A stretch of DNA of 62,484 nt, filler included, from Sphacelaria rigidula (Eukaryota), in the NCBI GenBank assembly GCA_964200075.2. It is 11 parts of 11 records of this genome, joined end to end, with 100 filler letters (N's around TTAATTAATTAA, not from the genome) between each part and the next. Parts side by side here need not be neighbours in the genome. Positions count along the whole stretch, not along the records: positions 45,518 to 51,106 come from CAXNAA020026061.1; positions 51,207 to 56,795 come from CAXNAA020026062.1; positions 56,896 to 62,484 come from CAXNAA020026063.1; 8 more parts are not named here. The stretch is one strand, 5' to 3'. Shown piece after piece: positions 50,257 through 62,484 of this stretch; the first letter of the stretch is position 1; each line of letters starts with the position of its first letter. Position numbers and translations under genes: made by a program. The notes under the pieces are model-generated. The model was not told where the DNA came from and made no database searches. It was given only the letters and a program-made list of their open reading frames with translations.

Positions 50257-50870
50257 TCGTGGAGTTTGGGTTTGTCGCCATCCTGGCTACCTCGGCGCTC
50301 AGCAGGAGCCGCTTTTCCGGGGTGGGCGTCTCGACCGTCTCGATGTTGGCAGCCGCCGCTGTACCCTCGCCAGCGACCGCTGCTGGCGATGCGCTGATGG
50401 TGGCCGATGTTCCCGTGTTGGATTTACCAGATATCCCGTCTGCGGTGCTAGCTGCCGCTCCGACGCCAGCGGCGGCCGGCGGCGCTCTTCCGCTATTAGC
50501 GTTCGCTGACGCAGACACTTCTCCGCGTTTGGAGAAATGTACCAGTGCCGCCCGCTCTGGCGTGTTCGACGCAGAACCACGGTATCCTGGCTCCTACGAC
50601 TCCACGTGTCGCTAGAGAGGCGCAACCTTTGCCAAGACATGAATACCTTTCAGTAAGGAGAGCATTAGTGGGGGCCCCCGCGGCTGCAGCCCTGACGCCC
50701 GGCGCTTTTTCGGTGGCGATGGCCGCGGCTCCTCCGACGTCTTTTGGAAGCGGGTGTTGATGCACCCGCGGCGGCCGGTGCTGCGGCGATCGCGGTGGCT
50801 GATGCTGCTGCTGCTGCGGCGGCTCCCGATGCTGCGGCGGCCGCTCCTGCCACGGCTTCGTTGCTTGTCT
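50257..50870 (-). CDS. Low-complexity exon with an EsV-1-7-like cysteine motif; apparent frameshift
   Basis: CLGKGCASLATRGVVGARIPWFCVEHARAG (50639-~50550) fits the C-x-x-x-x-C...G...G...FC-x-x-H EsV-1-7 pattern. The Ala-rich continuation (ALVHFSKR...) is in another frame and ends at a GTAAGC donor (50256). Start uncertain. Confidence 0.55.
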
Positions 50871-51036
50871 GCTTCACGCCAGGGCTATGCTCGGAGTAAT
50901 ACATGGCCACGATTTCGTCCCACATTGTTTCGAAGAACACGCTAATGATGGTACGCCACACGGTAAATGCTTCCCTCCGATGCTGTCCCCCCATCCACAC
51001 CTAGTCCCTTTGCGATGTGCTGTACCCCCCCCCATT

Positions 51037-51106
51037 GCTCCGTCTCGAAAGGGATGCGTGGTCAATGGTCAAACGACTAAGGCAAGCAACAAATGACTAC
51101 GCCCCC
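51037..51106 (+). mobile_element. L-C LINE 3' end
   Basis: GCTCCGTCTCGAAAGGGATGCGTGGTCAATGG...CAAATGACTACGCCCCC at the contig end. Confidence 0.8.
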
Positions 51107-51206
51107 NNNNNNNNNNNNNNNNNNNNNNNNNNNNNNNNNNNNNNNNNNNNTTAATTAATTAANNNNNNNNNNNNNNNNNNNNNNNNNNNNNNNNNNNNNN
51201 NNNNNN

Positions 51207-51667
51207 CCCCCCCCCCCTCCGATGAATGTTGGAGGTGCCTCTACTTGGAGTAGGAACGGTGCTCCGTCTCGAAAGGGATGCGTGGCCAATGGTCAAACGT
51301 CTAAGGCAAGCAACAAATGAGCACGCCCCCCCCTCCTCCCCCCCTCCCTCCGTACTATACAAGGAGGAACGGAACGTGTCAAAGGGGGAAATGTGGGAAG
51401 TAAACTTTGGTGGCATGAATTCGTTTGATGCATCCGACGGTGGCTAGAAAACGATACCTAAACTAGGAGGTAGATGATGGCTACAGACGGCGAAACAGGA
51501 AGGGCATAACATATCAAAAGGGTCTTATGTGGTGTATAGAAATAACGTAATGCGTTCCCGGATGTTGGAGGTGTCTCTACTAGGAGTAGGAATGACGCCC
51601 CGTCTCGGAAGGGATGCGTGGTCAGTGATAAAGCGACTGAGGCAAGCAACAAATGAGCACGCCCCCT
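51207..51667 (+). mobile_element. Two tandem 5'-truncated L-C LINE fragments
   Basis: Both end ...GGCAAGCAACAAATGAGCACGCCCCC (51330, 51666). The second includes the YKEERNV..GEMWEVN region. Confidence 0.82.
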
Positions 51668-53503
51668 TCCATCACGTGGGACAAGCCCTTCAAGGCACCT
51701 CTCCTCCGTTAAATTCCCGGCATTTTGTTACAGCGAAATGGATTATATCTTCCGCACCGCGTAGACTTTTGTCCAATAATCATACTTTCCGACCCGCGTT
51801 TTGACGGTTCACGATGGGAATCAAATATTCCCAACGAAAAGGCCTTGAAATAGTGTATTCGCCGGGACTTGAACTCTCTATTGTCCACATTAACCACGTA
51901 TACCGTCGGGGCGTTCCGGTCCACACCCAATCCAGCCCTGATTGTAACATATGGAGACGTTCTCAAGGTTGAAGAGCTAAAATGAACATATTTGCTGTGA
52001 AAATCTAGCTCGGGTAGAAAAATGAACAGCTCAGAGGGGACAAAAAAAAGGGCGAGGAAGAAGTGAGGAATGAAGAAGGTGGTGCGCCGGTACGGGGCTC
52101 CGATATATATATATATATATATATAGACCAGTACATGACTTCTGTACTAAGGATTTCCGACAAAGGGAAGTTTTTCAGGTGCTTCAAATCTCCAGAACTC
52201 ATCGCGTGACCGTTCGAGACCCAAATCCGCGTATCGAGATATGGGCACCCGATGAAGGTAAGCCTAGAAAGATCTCTTCTACGATCCGGTTCGAACGACT
52301 TATGGGCTGATCACCTGTCACGGGCTCTGTATACTTCCTCAGCTTCTGAATCCTTTATATTTTTGTTCGACGGAGTCAATCTCTGACCGTGTCCAGTCCG
52401 AGAACAAATGGATATAAATGACATGGGCCGGGACAAAATCCCGGTCAAAGCATCCAGTATTCAAACGTTCACTGCTAACATGTACTCAGACATGTCAAGA
52501 TATCACGGGCACCGCGAGCTCAGAAACGGTCTCCTCCACACTTCGTACGCGAGAGTCCAGTTGGTCGTCGTCAGATGATGATGATCACATAACAAAATGG
52601 TTGTACGCACGTACAAGGCATAACCTTGTTTTTTTCATGTGAAATGGCCGATTAATTGTTGCACATCAATCCCTCGTCGACCGTGATCGACAAGAAGCAA
52701 AAGGCCGAATCGAGGATGGTCGTTCGGGGATCGTGGGGAACATCAGGGTGCCACTCTCTCTGAATACATGCGCAGGTCACGCGATAGAACGAGTTTTGCG
52801 TAATGATGACAGGGCATTGCGCCAAACACACGACCGTATGATACAGCGTTCTGCTCCGTGACGGACGACGCAGCTATGAATTACTTCTGTAGGTTACGAG
52901 TGCGGGAGCATCGTTTGCTGCCGACAGCTGGTCCATATCAAGCACCTCTCCTGTGGTTACATTTTTTACCGCTCGTACCATGTGCTGGCCATGCAGGCCG
53001 GCATGCTGTGGGTACGCACGACCGCTCCCTTACTGCCGTGAAGAGAGTACAATTCCCCAACCGCACAGAAGTTAATGCAACCAGGGTTCCACACGAGGAG
53101 GGCTGTATTGGGATGAACTTTGTCGCACAATTCAAGTTTTCATGCAACGATTAGTTCATCATGACCATGTCTGAATAGCTGACCTAGCAGCAGCAACTCT
53201 CGAGGAGATCAGACGAGGAGAGCGTACAATCTGAAAAAGAAAATGCGAAACATGCTTTTCGGGGGTGCGTGCTTCGATTTTGTTCGAAATAAGTTCTGAA
53301 GAAATTAACACGGAGAAAGGGAAAACGGAGTGTGATGATGGGAGATATGCAAGCAGGGTACGCGATGGTCCGACTATATGGTTCCAGCATCGCCCATACC
53401 GCAGTATTGTCGATTCTTGTACGGTAGCAGGGGTCCGTTTTCTGTGCTCTGTTTTGCTCCTGCTCGTTTTCTGAGCCCTGTATTGGGACCTTCGTGCTGT
53501 ACC

Positions 53504-53535
<32 letters not shown>

Positions 53536-55295
53536 GTGTCCTGTTACATGGTCGCATCAACGAAACGGCTCTCGCGTTTTTTTGTCCGGCGTCGCGCCTA
53601 GTGGGTGAGCTCCAAGAGTCCTGGCTGCTTTTGTTGTGCACACGTGTTTCCTCTAACCTGAAACTGGGTCATCATGGAGTGCTTCTCCTGTCTCTTGTGC
53701 TGCTTGGGAACTCATTTGGGCTGGGAGGGGTGAAGGGGGGCGGACGGTGAGCGAAAAAAGGGAAGAACGAGTCGACTGGCCCAACTAACGTCTGGGCACA
53801 CAGATCCGACATCTCTTTTCGCTTTTTCGTCGAGATAACAACTTGCCATACCGTGCGCTGAGCATCATCAGTCCTACTTCAGGAAAAAAGCTCAAGGGAG
53901 CACGGTGCTGTTTATCCAACCGCCAACCTCGCACTACTCGTTTCATTGAGGAGGAGGAATTCATTTCACGAAACGTGCACCTCGGCAACTTGATGATATC
54001 TAAGAGAAAGCAAGATGAGGTCACAACTTCAATCCTTCCCCCAAGATTCGCCTGTTCTGATATCGAGTTAAAAAATATCGAGGTTGTGTTATATAGGGTA
54101 CGATTTTTTGTATACCCGGCGTATTTACCCGGGTAGTACCCTAACCCGGAAATATTTGTGAGTTTTCTAAGCCTCTTAGTCTAGGGAATATTATTTCCTA
54201 CCGAGCATAGAGTACCGTACAAAACACAATCTTGAAATTTCAGTACTTTTTCTTTTGGGTGTTGCGATCAGACAAGTCTCAGTGTAGATTTGAGCTCCGT
54301 ACAGTGTATGCCAGGTTTACAGTGCTGTAGGGAAGTAGGCCGGGTATGGCCCGGTAATTCGTTCGTTTATCTTGGCATGTGCTCCCGATGTGCGGTGGGC
54401 TATGTATTTATCGCCCGACGTGCGGAATGGTCCTTCTGGCCTCTCACTATTTGGCATTGTCTGTCTGGACGTCTCGGTTTTTCGAGCAACACCTTGTGTG
54501 CTCAAGCCTGAATCTACCGTTTGGGATCAGATTTTCGAGTTGGGCAACCAAAGTTTGTACAAACGTTCCTCGGACGACCCGAGGACGAATGAACTTTGAG
54601 GTTTTTATGTTGGAGCAATCTGTAACGGCTTTTGGCGTGTCCCACCTCTGGGACTCCCGGAAGCCGGTAGAAAGCGGATATACTTTTCCTTGACGTTTTT
54701 TTTCCGTAGTACCCATATCTATAACACTGCCAAGTTTGAGTATGATGGGAGCCTTTTTACGAGAGTTACAAGGGGAAACGTCAAGAGACTGCCTGGGTCT
54801 TCGATGCATGTTATTAGTGGAGATCCGACGACGCCAAAACCCCACAACACCGAAATTACAACGTTTTGAGGTATTACTCGATTCCACACAAAACTTTTTC
54901 AAATTTGTCCTTCTGTTGAATTCACTAGCTGATGGCGGGTACTAAGGTTTGACTCGTGATAAGACACGGCAGCAACATCAGCATAGAGCTCATGAGCCGG
55001 GAGCCGAGTAATGCATGATCATCGGTTTATAGCGTAGATCTTTTAGCGTTTCAAGTTTGATGATGAATACGAAATTCAATTGTAGAGTTGTAATTTGCAG
55101 TAGCAATTGGGTGGAATCATATTTCATATCGAGTTTTGATCCATCCCGCGTAGCGCAGCGTGCAGCAGGACGACCAACACCATGTTTTCACCGCATACAT
55201 GAAGCAAAATTGACAAGTCTACTCGTTATATTTACACACTTACGGCCTTTCTTACAGTCCACATAAACATACTCCCCAAGAAATCCCCGTTACAG

Positions 55296-55812
55296 GTCAC
55301 AAGGGAAGTTGAAATAACTGCGCCGTGCCCGTATTTCACCCTGTGTAATACAGGGAAGAAAGGCGCGCGTATCATCCACATCAAGTGTAGTGCTTCCCAC
55401 GTGATTTCCGCCACTGAAGAACAATTGTTTTCATGTCATTTGGTACCACACTGTGTCCGTCGTTGTTTTCACCCCGCAGATGTATCGCATGGGCACGTAC
55501 GTGTTCCCCAAACGACACGATACCCTCAAAAAGGTCTTCAACTGCGCGGCGGACTCGCTCCAAGTTCTTCCTCCGGATTATCCCACGAGTCCGATGGGAA
55601 CTTTAGTCGTTCGTCCAATGGAGCGGGAGAACATTACAACCTACGTAAGCGCGCACATGGGGTACATGTTGTGCTCTTTGTTGCGGGGCGTGAACGCTGC
55701 GCAGGCCGCGTACAAGAAACGGTACTGCGCGCCTGAGGATGTTTCCGGCGGCGTCATGAGATTAACGGATCTCCGTCCGGAGGAGATTGAGGCCGATCAG
55801 TACGGGCGATAA
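55296..55812 (+). CDS. Last two putative exons (55296-55400, 55480-55812) of an unknown protein
   Basis: TACAG|VTREVEITAPCPYFTLCNTGKKGARIIHIKCSASH|GT, a 79-nt intron ending CCCCGCAG, then MYRMGTYVFPKRHD...EADQYGR-TAA. Phases are consistent. Confidence 0.45.
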
Positions 55813-56895
55813 TGATGGTGAAGCATGCAGCGTTTCAAAACCCGATTATTTTGAAAACATTTTTTTCGGTCGAGCAAAAGAGGGCTAGCGGGTGGTCGCC
55901 GGGACAAATGTGTGGCGCCCGTAGCTGGGAGGGTGTTGTACGTCACAGTCAGCACTAGTACGGTTTTCGACGCCATCTTCGGTGGTCGATGTTCGGCTGT
56001 TTTTGACACGATGTCGACATGTACCAGTACTGTATCAGGGATTTTTTATTCGTTTGACTATCGCACTTCAACTGTATCAGGGAACGTTGTATATCACCTG
56101 TAAACCCACGAACATGAAGTTTTCAGCGCCCAGATCTTGACCACGGCAAGTTATACTGTGTATCCATCCCACGGAAAGTGCCGCCGTTGGTTTTTTATTG
56201 ATCGATTGCTTGTCGCTTTTTAACTGACCAACCAGGGGTCCAGCCGTGGTCTCATGAGGGACGTACCCAAAAAAAATTGGTGTTGGGTTGATTAGGTTAG
56301 CTTACATGAAATGATACTGCTTGGTATTTTTAATTTGTGTCGCAGCGAAGGAGAGGTGTACTCATGATTTTATAGCTGGGTATATAAACATGATCATGTA
56401 GTGGCGGCCACGAACCATAACATGTGCAAAGTTCACCATACTGTGGCTTCAAAACATGGTGCGTGGCACATGCACGCAGTCCTTGTCTACACTGGCTGGT
56501 GTATGCACTGGCAGGGTTGCATACCGGACCGGGAAAAACGTTCAATACAATACTTCGAGAATGTCGACTCACAATAGGCGATACCGATATTTTTTTCGAC
56601 ATTCCGAAAATGACACGATACAAATCGAGCTTCGATATTCGAAAATATATGGATGTTTTGGCATGGCCGTAGTGTACAAGACCACGCGGTACTCTGGCAC
56701 CCTGGGACCCTCACTTCCGTTTATTGTAGGTTGCATAAGATACCACGAAAGGAAGGAAATGTAGCAATGATCCCGTTTGCCTGCCGTACTGCCGANNNNN
56801 NNNNNNNNNNNNNNNNNNNNNNNNNNNNNNNNNNNNNNNTTAATTAATTAANNNNNNNNNNNNNNNNNNNNNNNNNNNNNNNNNNNNNNNNNNNN

Positions 56896-57042
56896 CTCGT
56901 CGAACACACCACGCCACTTCGCGCTTGGTGATTGAGTGCGAGCCTGGTCCGGCGATAACCCGGCGTGCTCCGTCCCGGCTTTGTACGAATGCGAGGTCAA
57001 TGGTCTGATGACTATGGCATGCACGATCATGAATACACCCCC
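56896..57042 (+). mobile_element. S-C element 3' fragment
   Basis: ...GTGCTCCGTCCCGGCTTTGTACGAATGCGAGGTCAATGGTCTGATGACTATGGCATGCACGATCATGAATACACCCCC. Confidence 0.8.
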
Positions 57043-57099
57043 TTGTATTTTGATGGCCGGCCGCGTTTTTTGGGCCTTTGGTATTCAGCAATCCGAACA

Positions 57100-59250
57100 T
57101 GATGAGTCTTCAGAAGACTGTTCTTCAAAGGCTTTGGAAGAACAGTCACATCAAGTTTTCGTCCTAGTGATCAAAGGCTCCCCGCGAACCGAAGTTGACG
57201 GTTGCGAGGGGTCGCCTCGATTTGTTCCCATTTGTTCATCTCGAATACAGCTCTGTACGCAACTGTTTCGTGTTCGCTGAAGCCAGCTGCTCGCAATAGG
57301 AGCTTGTGGTGGGCATTGCCAAGGATCCCCAAATCCTCGGAGGCCAGTGCCCACGTAGCACAACTGTTGAGCATAGTTTCACTACGTTTTTTGGGCGCCC
57401 GAAGCTTCCGAGATAGCTGAGGATTAAGCCAATCGTGGAATCCAAACACATGCCCTGGGAGACATGCCCCCGCAGCGCTGACGGAGTGCAAGATTTCGGA
57501 AGAAATATTCGCGCCTGCGTTGGCAGCACCAAGGTGGGCGAATTCAGCCGTCTGCTTCACCGTTGGTTTGCCCCCCCCTGTATTCAGCGCGGCCTCAGAG
57601 ATCACCGGGGAGCTGGTTACTGACCACAGGCTCAAGGCCTCGGTGTTGTTCCACGCAACCGGCCGCCCGAACTCATGACAGATCACCACTCACAGCCCGA
57701 ATCCGCGAAAATCCGCCTCGGGATCTCGAGAGTACGCATTCGTCATCCTGTCGTTGCACCCCCTCCAGGGGCGTCTCTCCTTTGGAGTAGTTGGTTTTGG
57801 CGCAGCATCTATATCTGCCGAGTTTGAGGCAATGACTAGGTCTGTTGCGAAAAGCTGCAAATTTGCATCGATCAACGTATCGCCCAAGAGACTGAACATC
57901 AGAGGGCACGAAACGCGTCCTTGCCAGAGCCCCCGACAGATGTGAGGCCACTCTGATCGTTCGCCATCACTTAATTGTGTCTGACCTTGAATACTATTGT
58001 GAAGCATATGGATGGCCTTTATCATTTGTGGAGGAACCCCGCAAAGTACTCCCCACGCGAGCGTGTGGCTTTCTTCGAAGCGTACACCTCCGAGTATAAA
58101 AATGTTCAGTAGGACCCTGCTTGCCCACCCGAACTCCTGCACCCTGTGTACTGCGGAAATCATGTCGCTGGTCGATTGTTCGACCCGGAATCCTTCTCCT
58201 CTTCCGGGAAACTTCCTCCCTGCAGAAAATATCGAGTTTGTGGGATGCGATTTTGAGGCAACCTTCACCGGCATATGCCACGAGGAAAATAACCCGATCA
58301 TTATTTCTGCACTCAGCTCTATCCTCAGTTTGTGCTGTGTCTTTTCAATCCTGTAGAACATCGCCACATGTGTAAACGGTAACTATGATTCCGTGAAAGC
58401 AGCACACGATTTCGAGAGGCTCCCCAGCCAATCCATGGCTCAGGACTCCAGTAGATCGCGCACCGAATACCATCGCTTTGCCGTTCGTCATAAATCTCCT
58501 TGCATGTTGTATTACAGTTTCCAAGTGAGACATATTCCGGCAGGGGTGTGATGCTCTGTACGTCGGTTGGATCAGTTGCAGTCGATGTTGTGTTCCGTGA
58601 GATAGAATAGATATTTCCATCTGTCACGGTGCATTATCCAGAACTACCACTATTTCAGTACCCCTGGCGATGATATCGCTATCGGTACGTTTTTTCTGTG
58701 AAGCCAAATGTCAAAGTGGGGGCTTCTTCACGAAGAACGACAACTCATCGCACATGCGTGGTAACAGCCCCATGCATGATTTGTCTCTTCTACCCACGGA
58801 AAAGTTCCATTGTTCCAACCTTCCAATGGTCCGGATGGTCAAGCTGTTGAAGTATTGATTTTTCTCCGCCGGAAGTAAAGCTTGTTCGATGCCTGGAGCT
58901 TAGTATCATCATTCGTGATGCCATAAAACTGTAAGTTCTCGTGTTTCCCCATGTCAGGGTGCAGTGGTCGCTGGGTAATTATCGCGGCGCAACGAAGAAA
59001 TGAGCTCGACTCAATTGCAGTCGTGTTTGCCGGAAATTTGCATGGCCATTACCTCCCTGCATATTTGCATGGCCTTAAAAAGAAACAGGAAGAGCAAGCA
59101 GGGTGATGCTAATCCCAACCCTAGAACTTGTTCAGGGTCTGGTGCCAATCAGTTCGATTGCTGGCTCACAGACACTGAATAGTGCCTCCCACACTGGCTC
59201 GTAGCCTGACGCCAAGTTCAACGCCTTTGACACAAGTACCCCACATTTGT
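57100..59250 (-). mobile_element. Heavily decayed RTE-like LINE (endonuclease remnant + RT)
   Basis: GVPPQMIKAI..LH, SEW...RGLWQG...PLMF (RT motif GxxQG), KQTAEFAHLG, ETMLNSCATW, AHHKLLLR and IEAT.RNRQLRFAG. These are typical of the RTE-clade RT and C-terminus. Limits approximate. Confidence 0.8.
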
Positions 59251-62247
59251 GCCAGGCGATTCGCATGGTGAACCGTTCAGGCGTCCCACGGTCGTATCTT
59301 CTATCTTTTTACCCCGCTGTTGTACTGGTTACTTCCCTCCAGGGAGGTCATTTTCACCGTATAAGGACACAAGGTCTTACTCACATCGGGATGTCCCGTA
59401 CATCACTTCTTCCCACTCCGTGCACGGTTCACCATGAGTCGCTCTTCCACCAATGCTTCCGAGTAGCCCTTCACCGCCGAAAGCTTGCCCAACGATTCCC
59501 CCACACGTCAAACGAGCTTCTATCCTTCAAGATCTCAAGAAGTCTACGTGCTCCTTCCCGTAGGCCATGTGGTTGGTCATTGGTAAGGTGTTGGTTTCAT
59601 GAGTGCAGTAGGTCTTGACGTTTATGTCACGCATTATCCACCCCTTCACTTCATTATTAGACGCCTTTTGCACCTGATGTCGAAAATTCCACGAAGATCT
59701 CTGACCAGATTTCCACCGCCCAATGAAGATCGATAAGGATTTACGGGTATCTCACCACGAGACCCCAACCTCCATGCAAATTCAACATGTCAGGGTTTTT
59801 GACCCTAAACAGCCGGTCATTGAAATTGAGGATGGAGCATTTTATTGAGAACGAGAACCCGGAAAATTAAATTATATGTATCCACACCAAATGATCGAAT
59901 TATTGTTCCATTCCTTCACCCACTGGAAGCTATTGACAACTGCTATCCGCTATACGAATTTGGATGTCGATAGCCTAAATCTTGGGGCCCTAGATGGAGA
60001 TCGCCGATATTCCTTGATATTGGTTTTCCACATAGGACCCCAGCATATCGGTTATCGAAATCCAAATTTGTATGACGTGTTGTACTTGTCGATAGCTACC
60101 AGTAGGTGAAGGAATGGAACAATATTTTGAAGATCTAGTGTGGATACAAAGGTTTAATCCTCCGGGTTCTCATCTTCATTGGACAGCCTGTGACGGTTTA
60201 AGAGGTTAAACCGTCACAAGCCCCATCCTCAATTTCGATGATCGGTTGTTCCTACCCTATTCGTACTTGTTACAATATATCTCTTATATTTTCGATTTGC
60301 ATGCAAGGTGGTCAACTTTCATGCTTTTGCTTACATGTCTGGATTCTTACTTTATTTGATGTCTTTCACATGTCGTGGTTTGGGGGGAAGATTCTCGGTG
60401 TTTCACGTTTTGATGTGAGGAATCATCTGTTTTTTGTTGTTAATTCAGATTTATATCCGGGCTGTGTCATGGTTCATGCAAGATAAGACCGCTAGCTTCG
60501 TTATTTTATTTTTGATTCTGGTCTGCGTTACGGCAGGTTGAAGAAAAAGGATGATTAGCTTCGTTATTCCAACTCTATGTCCGGGCTGTGTTATGGTGGG
60601 TGAAAAAAAATGAATGGTTAGCTTCGTTGTTTCATGTGTATACGAGCTGGGCCAGCCTAGAAGCGGATTTGGAGTCTGCAGGCCAATTTGCAATTGAATA
60701 CTTGAAGTTGGACACTGAAAAATGTTACGGAAAATCAATAGGGCATGAAAAGAAATTATGCATGGACCCAAACTTATTTTTCTGGGTGATGTAACAGCAT
60801 TTTACTAAAACCTGAAAACTGATTATTGCCTTGAACTCATGAAAAGAAGAAAAAACATCGTTGGGTCCATGAATAATGTTTTTTTTATTATACCCTGTCA
60901 ATTGTCCATACCAAATTTCGGAGTCCAACTCTAATTAGTAAATCGTGAATTGGCCTTTTAAGAACCGGGCCGCTGGAATTTCGGAACAGTATTTTGCAGG
61001 CCGCTTACCGGCCCACGTTTGGTGCTCCTGAATCGGAATTTTGTGCGGGACCTCGCTAGGACATGATGAATACAACAAAATGGATCAGGTCGGTATTTGA
61101 TATTTTTTTTCACTGGTTCAGGGCGTTTTAGTATGAAAACGATCATTTTTTACGAGAACGCTCGAACCTCTCTCAAAACTAGAAACTAAGGCTTCCCCCC
61201 CCCTTTATTCAGCATACCTCTGTGGTTCTCCATGCTAAGTTTCCATTCAAAATTCTAAAACATGAGCTGAAAAATCGACATAAGGCTCAAGAGCAATGTT
61301 TATTTCTCCTCAAAAATCCCTCAAAAACACGGATAAAAAACACGAAATGAATGAAAAAAAGCTGTTTTTTTATTTTGCGCTAGAGGTTCTCCATACGAAA
61401 TTACATAGAGCATAGCTTTCAAAAACTGAGACGCGATATCCAGATTCAATTCAACTAGTGCCTCTGCTCGTAATATACTGATTTTAGTGTGGGATATTAT
61501 GTGTGCCATATCTCGAGATAGATGACGAGTTCGGTGTAGGTGAGGGTATCTATCGTCCCCCCGTGCTCCAGGAAACGTCCACACCAAAACTCGTTCGGGG
61601 TTTCACGCAGATGTTAGTATCGACGCTATCTCCGTACGGTTTAGGAATTACTAGACATGAAGTTTAATCAACGAGAAATGTTGACCCAGACTTTTGAGCA
61701 GATGGGTACCTTCCCCATGATTAAACGATTAATACGATATGCGGATCACGGCCCAACTCGTGTGTGTCGATGAGATATGGCCATGAGAGCTTAAATCCGT
61801 TTTTAGGCTAGCCCAGCTCGTATCCGCGCTGCGTTATGGTATGTTAGAGAAAAGAGATGATTAGCTTCTTTTTTCCATGTATATATCTGGGCTGTGTTAT
61901 TGCAGGTTGAAGAAAAATGATGGGTAGCTTCTTTATTTCATGTCTATGTCTTTATTTTGTCTAGCGGCGGTCTCTGGCTTATGTACGGCGGCAGTCTGTA
62001 CTTTTGTGTCTAGGTTATGGGTTGCTGGTTTTACAGCGCCGTTGCCACTCGACGCCAACCCAAGAGTCTAGGGGTGAGATGGGGCGACGAGTGAAACAAT
62101 GATTGCTCTACAGGTCGAAATTTGAGATGCTTGTTTTGCTCAGCCGTCGCTTTGCTTCATACACCGCCCTCATTGCACTTTCCGGTGAGTGAATACCCGA
62201 TAACCCGAAAGTCTGATCTAGATATCCGAACGGTCTTCAATGTTGAG

Positions 62248-62251
62248 ACAA

Positions 62252-62349
<98 letters not shown>

Positions 62350-62402
62350 CCCACAACAACAACAACACCAACAACAACACCAACAACAACAACAACAACA
62401 CC

Positions 62403-62484
<82 letters not shown>
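62248..62484 (+). repeat. Compound (CAG)n/(CAA)n microsatellite
   Basis: Read directly; runs to the contig end. Confidence 0.97.

Noticed and set aside
50259..50615. Plus-strand ORF with VPVLDLP resembling a DIOX_N start
   Set aside because: Antisense shadow of the Ala-rich minus-strand exon, on a different contig from the dioxygenase exons.
57000..57040. Hammerhead ribozyme suggested by CTGATGA in the S-C tail
   Set aside because: No stem II followed by GAAA, and other copies read CATATGA or similar, so the core is not conserved.
62157..62484. Poly-Leu/Val ORFs
   Set aside because: Translations of a microsatellite.

Overview
Repeat-rich eukaryotic DNA, most likely from a brown alga (Phaeophyceae, Ectocarpus-like). 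This is inferred from the EsV-1-7-type Cys motif, TTAGGG repeats, short GT-AG exons in long introns and the element types. It is not one continuous locus. It is 11 contigs of 5590 or 5589 bp joined by an artificial 100-bp spacer (44 N + TTAATTAATTAA + 44 N), so nothing can be inferred across spacers. Transposons: a non-autonomous hAT with TIRs and an 8-bp TSD, a decayed Ty3/Gypsy, two decayed Ty1/Copia (one with both LTRs visible), two LINE types, SINEs and MITE/foldback elements. Isolated host exons: PFA-DSP/Siw14-like phosphatase, MBOAT acyltransferase, EXS/ERD1-like protein, 2OG-Fe(II) dioxygenase, an EsV-1-7-motif protein and unknowns. The most notable signal is a very abundant LINE plus a ~500-bp SINE-like element. 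They share a ~80-nt 3' end and both finish in ATGAGTACR + poly(C) rather than poly(A). A second is a telomere-repeat block sitting directly in front of a putative 3' splice site. All family assignments come from motif recognition by eye; no database search was run.
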